Assembly: GCA_016180285.1 (NCBI GenBank)
Contig: JACPBO010000002.1
Span: forward strand, 15,570-79,569
Length of the DNA stretch: 64,000 nt
Origin: Candidatus Woesearchaeota archaeon
GTDB taxonomy: Archaea > Nanobdellota > Nanobdellia > Woesearchaeales > JACPBO01
Direction of reading: 5' to 3'
Below the pieces are notes generated by a model that was not told where the DNA came from, did no database searches, and worked only from the letters and a program-made list of their open reading frames with translations. A program made the translations under genes and the position numbers. Shown here piece after piece: positions 16,680 to 25,630 of the stretch. Within the stretch, counting starts at the first letter, position 1. The number at the start of each line of letters is the position of its first letter.

Positions 16680-19600
16680 TCAACCAGTATCCGCTATTGC
16701 GTATAGCATGTCAATTGATCCGCCTGTTCCGGCAATCCTTAATTTTGAAGTGAAGTCCCGCCATAGGTTGAATACTGCATCAGTTACTTTGTCTGCAAAT
16801 GGCTTTGCTGCAATGTAAAATTTGTTATTATCTTTATAGCATATGTACTTATTTGTTTTGTTAACATAATCATCGCATATATTTGTGCCAAATCCGGTGT
16901 AATTTATCACAAGGTATTTTGTTGAAACTCCGGTAGCATCGAGGATGTTTTCTTCTATTAATGCGAAAATTGACTTGTCAGTTGTTTTTAGCATATACAA
17001 ATGGCTGAAATCTTTTGTTTGGTTGATAAATGAGTAGTCAAATGATACCAGATTGCCTCCAAAGTCAAATGACGGCAATATAATGCTATTAATGAGTTGA
17101 TGCAGCGCCAGTATTGGGTTTCCTAATAAGATAAGCGATAATGTTTTAAGATATGCCTGAGTAAGTGTTGTCGGCATTGAAAACGCCGCATTGCTGTAAA
17201 TTAATGTTTTTGATGCATTATTGTACCATATTTTATTGCTGGCGTCGCATGAATGGAATTGGCCGTCATTTGTGGCTGTACAGCCTGATAAACTCAGCAC
17301 ATCAAGGAATTTATAATTTGGAGCATTCAGTTCCTGATTCACTGTTAAGCCAAATAATATGTTATTGTTGTAATTCAAAATACAAACCTGATTTGCGCAT
17401 GGCTGGTTTACCTGGCTGCCAAAAGTGCATTTATTTGAAATATAATCCTGCGCATTCTTTGTTCCAGATATTATGTAATTGTAATAATTCAGGACATTTG
17501 CGTAATTATCGCAGAATAAAGCATATTCGGAGCTTCCCGCTAAATTAATCATTGTTAATGCCAGCTGCTTTGTTCTTGTTGTCCAGTTTCCATTTTCGCA
17601 GTAATGATCCAAGACATATTGTGTATTGTTTATGCACTGCGGCTGTGTGGATGTGAAATAAGCGTCTGGGTTGTTGTTGCTTGCATAACTCCCAGATGGG
17701 TTTACAAGGCATTGCTGCTTCTCGGGGCAGTATCCTGCTTCATTGTTCCATGTCTTTTTCTGATAATCATCCTTCCATTCTCCGCTTAAGCATCGTTTGT
17801 TTTCATATGCCTGAGCAAGAGGATTTCCTGCTTGGTCATCAACACATGATGTTCCGTTCCAGCACTGTGAATCCTGGCAGCAACCTGCTGAACTGTATGA
17901 TGTTGCAAGCGCGGATAGTCCTGAAGGCGATGCTGAAGTGTGATTTTTCATTTGGCCATTATTGTCCAGCCATTCGCTTGAGTAATCGCAGTAAAATCTT
18001 CCCCTGTTTGTGCAGTAACCGTCATTAATTATTAAGTTGCCGGTATGCTGCGTATCTTGCTTTGTTTGCAAACCAGCAGGAATATTGCAGCCATAGAACT
18101 GGCCGTTGAGTGTCATTATGTTCTCGCCGCCTTTTAGAGAGACATCATCAAAGTATGCTGTCTGGCCTGATGCTGCTGAAAGGAATAGCTTAATGTAATA
18201 GGTTTGTTGTGTCGGTGTATAGGTTGAATTGTACAACGCCCATCCTGTGGCTTGCGTGACAGAATTTTGCAGAGCATCGCTTACAAAATTTTTAGAGGCA
18301 TCATATTGCTTTATTTTTGCGTTTATATTGCCGCTGTAGTAATATATCGATCTATATTCCACGTCTCCACTTACAGGTATGAAGTCGCTTTCTATTGATG
18401 CCCCGCTTATTAGTTTGGCTGCTGTTGAGCGAGTTGCGCCGCCATTGAAGGCTTCGATTTCTCCTGTTCTTAACCAATATTTCAGGTTATCAGCATCTAC
18501 CCACTCTGTGAGGCCGCTGTTTTTAAACAACTCGTTTGAGGACAGAATCGTATTGTTTGTTATCTCTCTTTCATCCCAGCAATTTGTGTTCGGGTTAGGA
18601 TTCATCACATCGTTATAATCTTCATGGGGATCTTCTCCGCAGCATAAGCTTCCCGTGTAGCTGAATCCTGCTGATTCGCAGCTTCCAGAAGAGTCATCAA
18701 GATTATTTGACCATATTTTTTTATCTCCTGTATCTATGCAATAATAAGTTGTTTGATCTATCCTTACAGAATCTCCTGTTTTGTTTCTTACTCCTTCAGA
18801 AGTGCCTCTGCAGATTGGTGCTCCGGTTCCATCAGAGTATGCTTGATCATTTCCTTTGCATTCATAAATGTTATAAGCGCCAGAAGCATTGTTAGAGCAT
18901 ATAAACCCATGCGACTGTGTGGTTGTAGATGGTGTTTTGGATACATCAATGTTAGTAAACCCAGGGCAAGCTGTCCAAACTCCATCTTTTGAAACATACA
19001 TTGTATTTGAAACGTTAATAACATCGCCCCTGCAGTCATCTGCCTTGAGCCATTGCCATGTGCTGTTTGCGCATATTATGCTGTTGTCTGATGTTCTATA
19101 ACCCATATCGCCAGAATCATCGCCGCAGCATGCTGATGCTGTGCTGGACCAAGCTCTGAGTGATGGGTTAGCAGCTTCTCCGCCAATTGGACAATTTAAA
19201 CAAGAGCCTTCATTCAAATCGGGATTGTCTGTTGCATCATCGCCGCAGCATTGATTTTTTGTTGTGTCCCAATAAAAGCCCTGAGATGCGCAACTGGCTG
19301 AGCAATTACCCGCCTCTTGCGGGCATTCTGACCAATCACTCCATGTATAGTTTCCTAGGCAATTTCTAGTTTGATTCCCGCAGGAAGTTGATGGGCATGC
19401 TTTGGTATCTATTACATCTGGCGTGGTGCACCCTATATTAGCGCACGTTATTCTACATGCCTCTTCGCCATAATTTGCAGCTGGACCTTCAAAAGGATGA
19501 CAACCATTGGGGTCTATTTCATCGCAGCCATGATTTGATCCAGAACCAATATCTTCACAGGATAACCTTGTATCGTCTGCATCATTGCAAAATACATCAG

Positions 19601-19706
19601 AGCCAGAATCTATCGTGTAAGTCACGTACTCCGCAGAAACAAACTTATTAATGATTAATAAAAACATTACGATTATCACCACCCTTATTATTGTTTTATT
19701 TTTCAT
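16680..19706 (-). CDS. Large (1008 aa) cysteine-rich secreted protein
   Basis: Signal peptide MKNKTIIRVVIIVMFLLIINKFVSAEY; >60 Cys; many N-x-S/T sequons; no C-terminal TM. Confidence 0.7.
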   Translation of the reverse strand: MKNKTIIRVVIIVMFLLIINKFVSAEYVTYTIDSGSDVFCNDADDTRLSCEDIGSGSNHGCDEIDPNGCHPFEGPAANYGEEACRITCANIGCTTPDVIDTKACPSTSCGNQTRNCLGNYTWSDWSECPQEAGNCSASCASQGFYWDTTKNQCCGDDATDNPDLNEGSCLNCPIGGEAANPSLRAWSSTASACCGDDSGDMGYRTSDNSIICANSTWQWLKADDCRGDVINVSNTMYVSKDGVWTACPGFTNIDVSKTPSTTTQSHGFICSNNASGAYNIYECKGNDQAYSDGTGAPICRGTSEGVRNKTGDSVRIDQTTYYCIDTGDKKIWSNNLDDSSGSCESAGFSYTGSLCCGEDPHEDYNDVMNPNPNTNCWDEREITNNTILSSNELFKNSGLTEWVDADNLKYWLRTGEIEAFNGGATRSTAAKLISGASIESDFIPVSGDVEYRSIYYYSGNINAKIKQYDASKNFVSDALQNSVTQATGWALYNSTYTPTQQTYYIKLFLSAASGQTAYFDDVSLKGGENIMTLNGQFYGCNIPAGLQTKQDTQHTGNLIINDGYCTNRGRFYCDYSSEWLDNNGQMKNHTSASPSGLSALATSYSSAGCCQDSQCWNGTSCVDDQAGNPLAQAYENKRCLSGEWKDDYQKKTWNNEAGYCPEKQQCLVNPSGSYASNNNPDAYFTSTQPQCINNTQYVLDHYCENGNWTTRTKQLALTMINLAGSSEYALFCDNYANVLNYYNYIISGTKNAQDYISNKCTFGSQVNQPCANQVCILNYNNNILFGLTVNQELNAPNYKFLDVLSLSGCTATNDGQFHSCDASNKIWYNNASKTLIYSNAAFSMPTTLTQAYLKTLSLILLGNPILALHQLINSIILPSFDFGGNLVSFDYSFINQTKDFSHLYMLKTTDKSIFALIEENILDATGVSTKYLVINYTGFGTNICDDYVNKTNKYICYKDNNKFYIAAKPFADKVTDAVFNLWRDFTSKLRIAGTGGSIDMLYAIADTG

Positions 19707-19718
19707 TTCATTGGTCCA

Positions 19719-20381
19719 CTAATAATTAAAATTTTTCAACAAACACGCGTCTCCTTTTTTAATCAAAAAAATATCAGCACGATCAATCAAGTTGTCTGGC
19801 TTTGCTTCTTTTCTGACTGCATTTTCATAATTCTTGCCTAATTTTGTAAAATCGACTGCCCCATTGCAATACATGTTGATTTTTGCATTAAATTCATCTT
19901 TGGCAATAACAGTTACATTGATTATTCTAAAACTTATGTTGCCTTCGCAAACCGTTCTTAAAATGCCGAATGCTAACTCTTTAAAATCTTTGATCTTATT
20001 AGAATCATCGGGGTTAAAATAGATCTCTCTGAAGCCATCATCGCTCCAAACATCGGCAATATTCTCCAATTTGTTTATGCAGTCTGAAAAATCCTTTTCA
20101 TCAGCCATAATTGAGCTTTCGGGTTTTTTTTGTATGTTTTGGCTGCTGATTATTAAAATAATGGCAAGCAGGATTGTTGTCACAGCAATCGCGCCTACGA
20201 AAGGGATTTTTTTAATGTTTGAAGGTCTTCCTGCTATTTTACCAGATCCTGTTTTATTTAGTGCTTCTTTAACATCTTCCATCTTGTACCCTGTTTTCAA
20301 TAAAGCAGTTTTAATTTGGTCCAAAGAGAATCCTCTGGTCAGCTGCTTTTTTATGTAATTCGCAAGTTTGTCATCAGCCAT
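19719..20381 (-). CDS. Type II membrane protein with N-terminal cytoplasmic conserved motif
   Basis: N-term ANYIKKQLTRGFSLDQIKTALLKTGYKMEDVKEAL (same ~35-aa motif as tails of 12711..13439 and 48231..55325 products), then TM IPFVGAIAVTTILLAIILIISS and ~130-aa ectodomain with Cys. Confidence 0.55.
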   Translation of the reverse strand: MADDKLANYIKKQLTRGFSLDQIKTALLKTGYKMEDVKEALNKTGSGKIAGRPSNIKKIPFVGAIAVTTILLAIILIISSQNIQKKPESSIMADEKDFSDCINKLENIADVWSDDGFREIYFNPDDSNKIKDFKELAFGILRTVCEGNISFRIINVTVIAKDEFNAKINMYCNGAVDFTKLGKNYENAVRKEAKPDNLIDRADIFLIKKGDACLLKNFNY

Positions 20382-20382
20382 T

Positions 20383-20529
20383 TTATACTTTTTTGCCCTT
20401 TTCCTCTTTCTTCAGCTTTTCTTCTATTGCTTCATGGATGAATTGGATAAGCGTCTTGTTCTGTAGAACAGAGTTTAGCTTGGCCTTTTTGTGCAGCTCG
20501 CCATCAATCTCTATATTTATCCTTGTCAT
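20383..20529 (-). CDS. Ribbon-helix-helix (CopG/Arc/MetJ-like) small DNA-binding protein, 48 aa
   Basis: Hand translation: MTRINIEIDGELHKKAKLNSVLQNKTLIQFIHEAIEEKLKKEEKGKKV; MxRINIxIDxELHxKAK is a typical RHH beta-strand/helix-A start. Stop lies 1 nt upstream of the ATG of 19719..20381. Absent from ORF track (short). Confidence 0.5.
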   Translation of the reverse strand: MTRINIEIDGELHKKAKLNSVLQNKTLIQFIHEAIEEKLKKEEKGKKV

Positions 20530-20625
20530 TTGAAATAACTTATTTAACTTAGTTTACTTATTTTAAATAATTAAGTTACTGATAAACGATAATCTGGAAG
20601 TTCTTGTATTTAAATATTGCGGAAA

Positions 20626-21186
20626 TCAACTGAGAAGTTCAAAAAAAGACTTTAAATCGTGCCATCCCCTCATCTCGTAAGGAGATGCAGCAAAAGAAGC
20701 AATCATTGTGCTGACCTTGTACTTCCTGCACAGCTCAATGTTCTGCATCATCCTTCCAATAATCTGCGCCCTAAGCATTCCTTCTGACCTGAGGATTGAA
20801 GTAAATGAAAACCCTATTGTCTTGCCTTTTTCTTTCGCTATTGCGCACAATATGTGGTTTAAGCCTGAATCCCTGTGGTGAATGAAATCCCTTCTGCCAG
20901 TCTCTTCAAATGCGAACACAATGTCTGCTTTTGTTTTTTCAAGAACATATCTGTTGTCCTCTGCTGCCTTGACTAAGATCGTTGCGCCATCTTCTTTTTT
21001 TACTCTTTTGGAATGCTGTATCAGCGCAATATTCAGCTTTATTTTTGTATTTTTCTGTAATTCTTCTAAATTAGCAGCATCTTTTTGATTTTTATAAGTA
21101 AAATACAGCTCATCATAATCCAGCTTTTCAGCTATCTCGATAAATTCTTTTTCATTGTTTGATGGAAAAACAAAATCGATTTTCAT
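20626..21186 (-). CDS. rnp3: RNase P protein component 3 (Rpp30)
   Basis: ~187 aa from MKIDFVF (internal Met of the track ORF; start 2 nt after stop of upstream gene). Motifs IVFAFEETGRRDFIHHRDSGLNHILC...GFSFTSIL...ASPYEMRGWHDL fit the archaeal Rpp30 PHP-like fold. Confidence 0.7.
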   Translation of the reverse strand: MKIDFVFPSNNEKEFIEIAEKLDYDELYFTYKNQKDAANLEELQKNTKIKLNIALIQHSKRVKKEDGATILVKAAEDNRYVLEKTKADIVFAFEETGRRDFIHHRDSGLNHILCAIAKEKGKTIGFSFTSILRSEGMLRAQIIGRMMQNIELCRKYKVSTMIASFAASPYEMRGWHDLKSFFELLS

Positions 21187-21188
21187 TT

Positions 21189-22052
21189 TTATTCCTTGAT
21201 TTTTGACAGCAAATTGCACGTCTGGCATATTGTTCCCTTAGCAGGTTCTCCGCAATTATTGCAGTAATTTATTGCTTTATTTATTTTATTGTTTTTTGTA
21301 TTTTTAATGTCTCTTAAAAAATATAAAACAATGTTTTCCTTTATTTTCGGATTTTTTTCTTCAGATTCATTCAACAAGCCCCTTATAAAATTACGATAAG
21401 CATCATGGCAGCATGGGCATTTCCCGTAATCGACATCAAAGTCCAGTATTTTTGAATATTTAACTATATCTTTTTCTGCTGTTAAGTAGAGTGGTTTAAT
21501 CCTGGGGATGAACTTTTTATCCTTAACAACGCCTGAAATCGGACCAAGCCTTGAATTTAGATCTAATCTATTCCTCAAAAAATTCATCAAGATCGCCTGG
21601 GCTTCATCATCCAGATTATGGCCTGTAACTATCTTGTCAGCTTTCAATTTTCTTGCATATTTATTGATCAGGTAGCGCCTTAGAACACCGCAGATTGTGC
21701 AAGATTTGAGATCAAGTCCTTTTGAATTTAAAACTGATCTTATGTAGCACAGAGAATAGCCGAATTTCTCCCTGAAGGATATGACATGCAGCTCGATATT
21801 TATCTTTTTGCAGAAGCCCCTTATTTTCTCCAGGTTCTGCTTCGTATATTTTCCGATCAATACATCTACGGTTATCGCTTCAACATTATAGCCCAGTTTT
21901 TTTAGCAAATAAAGGATGGCTGTTGAATCCTTGCCTCCGGATACTGCTACAAAGATCTCCTCTTTTTTATTCAGCAGATTGAATTTTTTTATTGTTTTTT
22001 TTATTTTATTCTCAAAATTTTTAATAAAGTTTTTTTCTTTATTGTTTTTCAT
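21189..22052 (-). CDS. tRNA-thiolation PP-loop ATPase (TtcA/NcsA/TtuA family) with Cys cluster / Zn-ribbon
   Basis: PP-loop VAVSGGKDS; conserved Cys (CPCCHDA; C-terminal CNNCGEPAKGTICQTC). Start assigned to internal Met MKNNKEKNF (track ORF extends upstream into AT-rich non-coding sequence). Lies next to the iscS/iscU operon. Confidence 0.8.
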   Translation of the reverse strand: MKNNKEKNFIKNFENKIKKTIKKFNLLNKKEEIFVAVSGGKDSTAILYLLKKLGYNVEAITVDVLIGKYTKQNLEKIRGFCKKINIELHVISFREKFGYSLCYIRSVLNSKGLDLKSCTICGVLRRYLINKYARKLKADKIVTGHNLDDEAQAILMNFLRNRLDLNSRLGPISGVVKDKKFIPRIKPLYLTAEKDIVKYSKILDFDVDYGKCPCCHDAYRNFIRGLLNESEEKNPKIKENIVLYFLRDIKNTKNNKINKAINYCNNCGEPAKGTICQTCNLLSKIKE

Positions 22053-22330
22053 ATTGTGAGTTAAAAATGCATTTTTCTTTATAAAAGTATTTAAAAAATG
22101 AAATATGAACTGCAAAACAATAAAACTTAAATAATAGCTCAACTTTTATCTGCTTATGGGCCATATTTTGCATATTTCGATGAGATGGGTTCTTAATAGA
22201 TGTGGCTCTTTTATGTATACAGCCACTACAACAGGTTGTTAAGAGCCCGATTAAATCCGGGTTCTTGCAGCTTTTTTTGGGCGTTAAAATTCCATTCTTT
22301 TTCTGCAAACCTGGAACAAGAGGTGAAAAT

Positions 22331-22657
22331 GTGAAACCGCAAATAAGCGAAGGTTGTATTTTATGCAGTGAGCAGATAACCCAGCCAGTTTGCTTCAATT
22401 GCCTGGCCAAGGAGATGGCATGCTGGTTAGATGAAAGAAACAAGGCATTAGTGCCATTGCTGATCAGCAGATCCAATATATTTAAAGTTTACAATCACAA
22501 AGCAGCAAGATGCATTATTTGCGGCGGAAATATGAATGTATGCGCGCATTGCTTCAGCAGGGAGATTCATGAATGGCTGAGTGAAGGCTATCCGGATATT
22601 GCTGAAGAATTCAAAGAATATTTTAATTTTGATCTGAGAAATGAATGTTGCCGCTAG
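22331..22657 (+). CDS. Small double zinc-ribbon protein
   Basis: Putative GTG start preceded by aGGTGA; CxxC...CxxC pairs (CILC...CFNC; CIIC...CAHC) plus terminal CC. Start codon uncertain. Confidence 0.4.
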   Translation: MKPQISEGCILCSEQITQPVCFNCLAKEMACWLDERNKALVPLLISRSNIFKVYNHKAARCIICGGNMNVCAHCFSREIHEWLSEGYPDIAEEFKEYFNFDLRNECCR

Positions 22658-23049
22658 CTTTTTCTTTTCCTTTTCTCATAATCCTTTATTGCATTCAAAA
22701 GAGCTTCCTCGCCAAGAAGGCTGCAGTGATATTTTATCTTAGGAAGCCCTTTCAGCGCATCTGCGATTCTTTTATTGGTGATTTTTTTGGCTTCTTCTAT
22801 TGTCTTGCCTTTTGCAAGATCGGCGAGCATATCAGAGACAGCTAGAGCTGCTGTGCAACCCAAAGTTTTGAACTTTATATCCTTAATTATTTCCTGGCCT
22901 TTTTTATTTTTTTCTACTTTGATGTAAAGCATTAGAATATCCCCGCAGGTGGGATTGCCTACTTTTCCGATTCCGTCTGCATTTTTAATTTCACCCACAT
23001 TCTTCGGATGCAGGAAATGTTTCATGACTTCCTTCGAATATTCAAACAT
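22654..23049 (-). CDS. iscU: Fe-S cluster assembly scaffold IscU/NifU-like
   Basis: HFLHPKNVGEIKNADGIGKVGNPTCGDILMLYIKV... with the three conserved Cys and LGCTAALAVS; 131 aa. Confidence 0.9.
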   Translation of the reverse strand: MFEYSKEVMKHFLHPKNVGEIKNADGIGKVGNPTCGDILMLYIKVEKNKKGQEIIKDIKFKTLGCTAALAVSDMLADLAKGKTIEEAKKITNKRIADALKGLPKIKYHCSLLGEEALLNAIKDYEKRKRKS

Positions 23050-23050
23050 C

Positions 23051-24211
23051 TTATCCTCTCCAGAAAGGGCTTGCCTTTCTTAATTCTTCAACTGCTTTTG
23101 GCAAAACTTCCAAAACATGTTCAATCTCTTTTTCTGTGTTGTCTTTTCCCAAAGTCAATCTTAATGACCCGTGGGCATCCTCTTGCCTTAAGCCAAGAGC
23201 CAGCAAAACATGGCTTGGCTTCAGCGATTTCGAAGAGCATGCGCTTCCGGTGGATGCAGCAACTCCCTTATCATCCAGTTTCATGACAATGCCCTCCCCT
23301 TCAACATATTTGAAAATAAAGTTCGCATTGTTGCTCAGCCTTTTTGCAGGATGACCATTCAGGAATGTTTCGGGGATTTTTAAAACTCCTTTGATTAGCT
23401 CATCCCTCAGCGTCCTGATTTTTTTGTTATTTTTCTCAAAATCCTTCTGCGCAATCTCAACAGCCTTTGCGAATCCAACGATGCCTGCAATGTTTTCTGT
23501 GCCGGATCTTAATCCGAACTCGTGGCCTCCGCCGTGCAGGAAAGTCCCTATTTTTTTCTTATGGTCTTTTTTAACATACAATGCCCCCACGCCTTTAGGC
23601 CCGTATATCTTATGTGCGCTCAATGACATCATATCAATATTTTGCTTTTTTACATCAATTCTTTCCTTGCAATAGCTCTGGACAGCATCCGTATGAAACA
23701 ACACATTTTTTTCTCTGCAGATTTTCCCTATTTTTCCGATGTCCTGCACTGTGCCGATTTCATTGTTCGCGTGCATTATCGTAACAAGCAAAGTTTTTTC
23801 ATTTATTGAGTCTTTTAACTGGTCAAAATTTATAAGGCCGTATTTGTCAACATCGAGGTAAGTTACTTTCGCCCCAGTTTTTTCAAGAAATTTACATGTG
23901 TTTATAACAGCATCATGCTCTATTTTGCTCGTTATTATGTGGTTTTTCTCTCTGTTAGTAAAAAACAGCTCTTTGATTGCTATGTTGTCGCTTTCTGTTC
24001 CTCCTGATGTAAAAATAATTTCTTCAGGCAGCGCATTTATTGACTTTGCTATTGTTTCCCTGCTTTTCTCCAGAGCTTGTTTCGCTTCTCTCCCGAAAGA
24101 ATGCAGTGAATTTGCATTTCCGTATTTCTCGCTAAAATACGGCAGCATGGCTGCTAAAACTTCCTTTGCTACAGGCGTTGTAGCTGCATGGTCTAAATAT
24201 GTTCTTTTCAT
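23051..24211 (-). CDS. iscS: Cysteine desulfurase (IscS/NifS, class V aminotransferase)
   Basis: YLDHAATTP...; PLP-lysine motif SLSAHKIYGPKGVGALYV; active-site GSACSS. Start taken at MKRTYLD (4-nt overlap with arsR stop). Confidence 0.9.
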   Translation of the reverse strand: MKRTYLDHAATTPVAKEVLAAMLPYFSEKYGNANSLHSFGREAKQALEKSRETIAKSINALPEEIIFTSGGTESDNIAIKELFFTNREKNHIITSKIEHDAVINTCKFLEKTGAKVTYLDVDKYGLINFDQLKDSINEKTLLVTIMHANNEIGTVQDIGKIGKICREKNVLFHTDAVQSYCKERIDVKKQNIDMMSLSAHKIYGPKGVGALYVKKDHKKKIGTFLHGGGHEFGLRSGTENIAGIVGFAKAVEIAQKDFEKNNKKIRTLRDELIKGVLKIPETFLNGHPAKRLSNNANFIFKYVEGEGIVMKLDDKGVAASTGSACSSKSLKPSHVLLALGLRQEDAHGSLRLTLGKDNTEKEIEHVLEVLPKAVEELRKASPFWRG

Positions 24212-24510
24212 TTTTTCTTTATGCAAACCTTGCCGCAATATTCGCTTGCATGCTTTTCAACTAGCTCAAGCAGCGGAAGCATTGTTTTTTTATTTAGCGA
24301 GTATATCTTGTTTTTTCCCTTTCTTACTGATTCTACAAAATGGCACTCTATTAATTTTCTTAAGTTGTGGCTTACTTTGCTTTGCTCTTCTTTTATTGCG
24401 CCGCATATCTCATTAACGCTAAGGTCCTTGATCCTCAATGCTTCAAGTATTCTCCACCTTGTTTTATTTGAGAATGCATCAAAAAACAAAGCGTATGAAC
24501 TGCATTTCAT
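24208..24510 (-). CDS. ArsR/SmtB-family HTH transcriptional regulator
   Basis: FDAFSNKTRWRILEALRIKDLSVNEICGAIKEEQSKVSHNLRKL is a typical ArsR wHTH; first gene of the arsR-iscS-iscU operon. Confidence 0.8.
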   Translation of the reverse strand: MKCSSYALFFDAFSNKTRWRILEALRIKDLSVNEICGAIKEEQSKVSHNLRKLIECHFVESVRKGKNKIYSLNKKTMLPLLELVEKHASEYCGKVCIKKK

Positions 24511-24524
24511 ATGAAATGTACATC

Positions 24525-24550
24525 ATATGTTATATATAAAGGTTGTGGAT
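24525..24550 (-). promoter_or_regulatory. TATA/BRE-like promoter of arsR-iscS-iscU operon
   Basis: Minus-strand reading cctTTATATATAacatatg ~20-30 nt upstream of the arsR ATG at 24510. Confidence 0.4.
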
Positions 24551-24641
24551 TTAAACAACCCAAGCAATAAAGAATCAGAATATTCCGGCATAGTGTGTCT
24601 TCCGCTTTTTGATTCCCTTATTTATGTAAACTAAACCTGCT

Positions 24642-25382
24642 TTATCGGATCATATCAATACTTCTAACAGCATCATCAAAAAGGATACTATCCGTCTTAA
24701 CATATAACGTTACTGGTTTGTTGCCCCTCCCTTCTCTTTTGGCAGCTAAAAAACTGATAACATTGTTTTCAAGGCTTTTATCTCTATCACATATAGGTAA
24801 AAGAGTTAAATGTGTTAATCCGGTTTCTTTTGCAACCTGCGGTATTCTAATAAACAAATTCTGAAAAATGCTAGGTTCCTTCTCTTCCCCAGCATCATAG
24901 CTATACCCTTGGCTCATCATACAATCAATTGCAGCCTCAGAAGTAAAATTATATTTCTCTTGAAGATAGTTAAAAAGATCTTCAAATTTTTGTCTATCCT
25001 TTCCTACAGCTTCCGTTCTTTTTATAATATCCTCACTCATATCACGCAACTTTTGAGCTTCTCCGTTCCTTTCTAAAATAGCTTTTAATTCACCATTAAA
25101 CCTAAGCCCGCTACCATGCAATATTCCAGCAGTTATCCCCTCTTTTGCCATTATGCTCGTTCTACTCTCTCCATAAACACTACCAGAACTATGGAAATTA
25201 TCAAAAATGTTCACAATCTCGCCCTTCATCATCCTATTAGTATAATCACCTGTCTTTCTTATTATTTCAATTAATTGATTTTTATTGCTGAATTTATTGT
25301 CATAAAAACCGAATATTATTTGATAATCATCTTTAAGGTAAGTCTCTCCATAAATTATTCCTTTCGTTATCTCGGTTTTCAT
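24642..25382 (-). CDS. Hypothetical protein (246 aa), no recognisable domain
   Basis: Long ORF with normal composition; no signal peptide or TM. Confidence 0.45.
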   Translation of the reverse strand: MKTEITKGIIYGETYLKDDYQIIFGFYDNKFSNKNQLIEIIRKTGDYTNRMMKGEIVNIFDNFHSSGSVYGESRTSIMAKEGITAGILHGSGLRFNGELKAILERNGEAQKLRDMSEDIIKRTEAVGKDRQKFEDLFNYLQEKYNFTSEAAIDCMMSQGYSYDAGEEKEPSIFQNLFIRIPQVAKETGLTHLTLLPICDRDKSLENNVISFLAAKREGRGNKPVTLYVKTDSILFDDAVRSIDMIR

Positions 25383-25569
25383 TTTTTAATCCCCCTTAAG
25401 TTCCAGACTGTCTGGAGTGGTTTATTCTAAACCAATTCCTTTTTTAAATATAATTACTCAATACTTTATAAACATTGTTGCCATATGATGTATCTATTAC
25501 ATCCTATGTTTTCCACCAGAAACCAAGGGGGTTTATGAACTGTAATATAGCCATTTAAAAACAAAAGTA

Positions 25570-25604
25570 TTTATAAACTAGTGCCATTTATAAACTTTAT
25601 AAAC
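25570..25604 (+). promoter_or_regulatory. Three direct TTTATAAAC TATA-like boxes upstream of the TBP gene
   Basis: TTTATAAAC at 25570, 25587 and 25596; the last is ~27 nt from the ATG at 25631. Confidence 0.45.
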
Positions 25605-25630
25605 AATATTAACGTAATGGGGGTGTTTTT

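Noticed and set aside
22039-22476. Minus-strand 145-aa ORF overlapping the 5' end of the tRNA-thiolase gene and the Zn-ribbon gene
   Set aside because: Overlaps two better-supported genes on both strands, with no motif; the upstream extension MSYYLSFIVLQF... of 21189..22142 was likewise trimmed to the internal Met preceding the PP-loop.
25403-25415. Palindrome CCAGAC-T-GTCTGG just upstream of the 24642..25382 gene
   Set aside because: Single short inverted repeat with no second copy or associated regulator; insufficient to call an operator.
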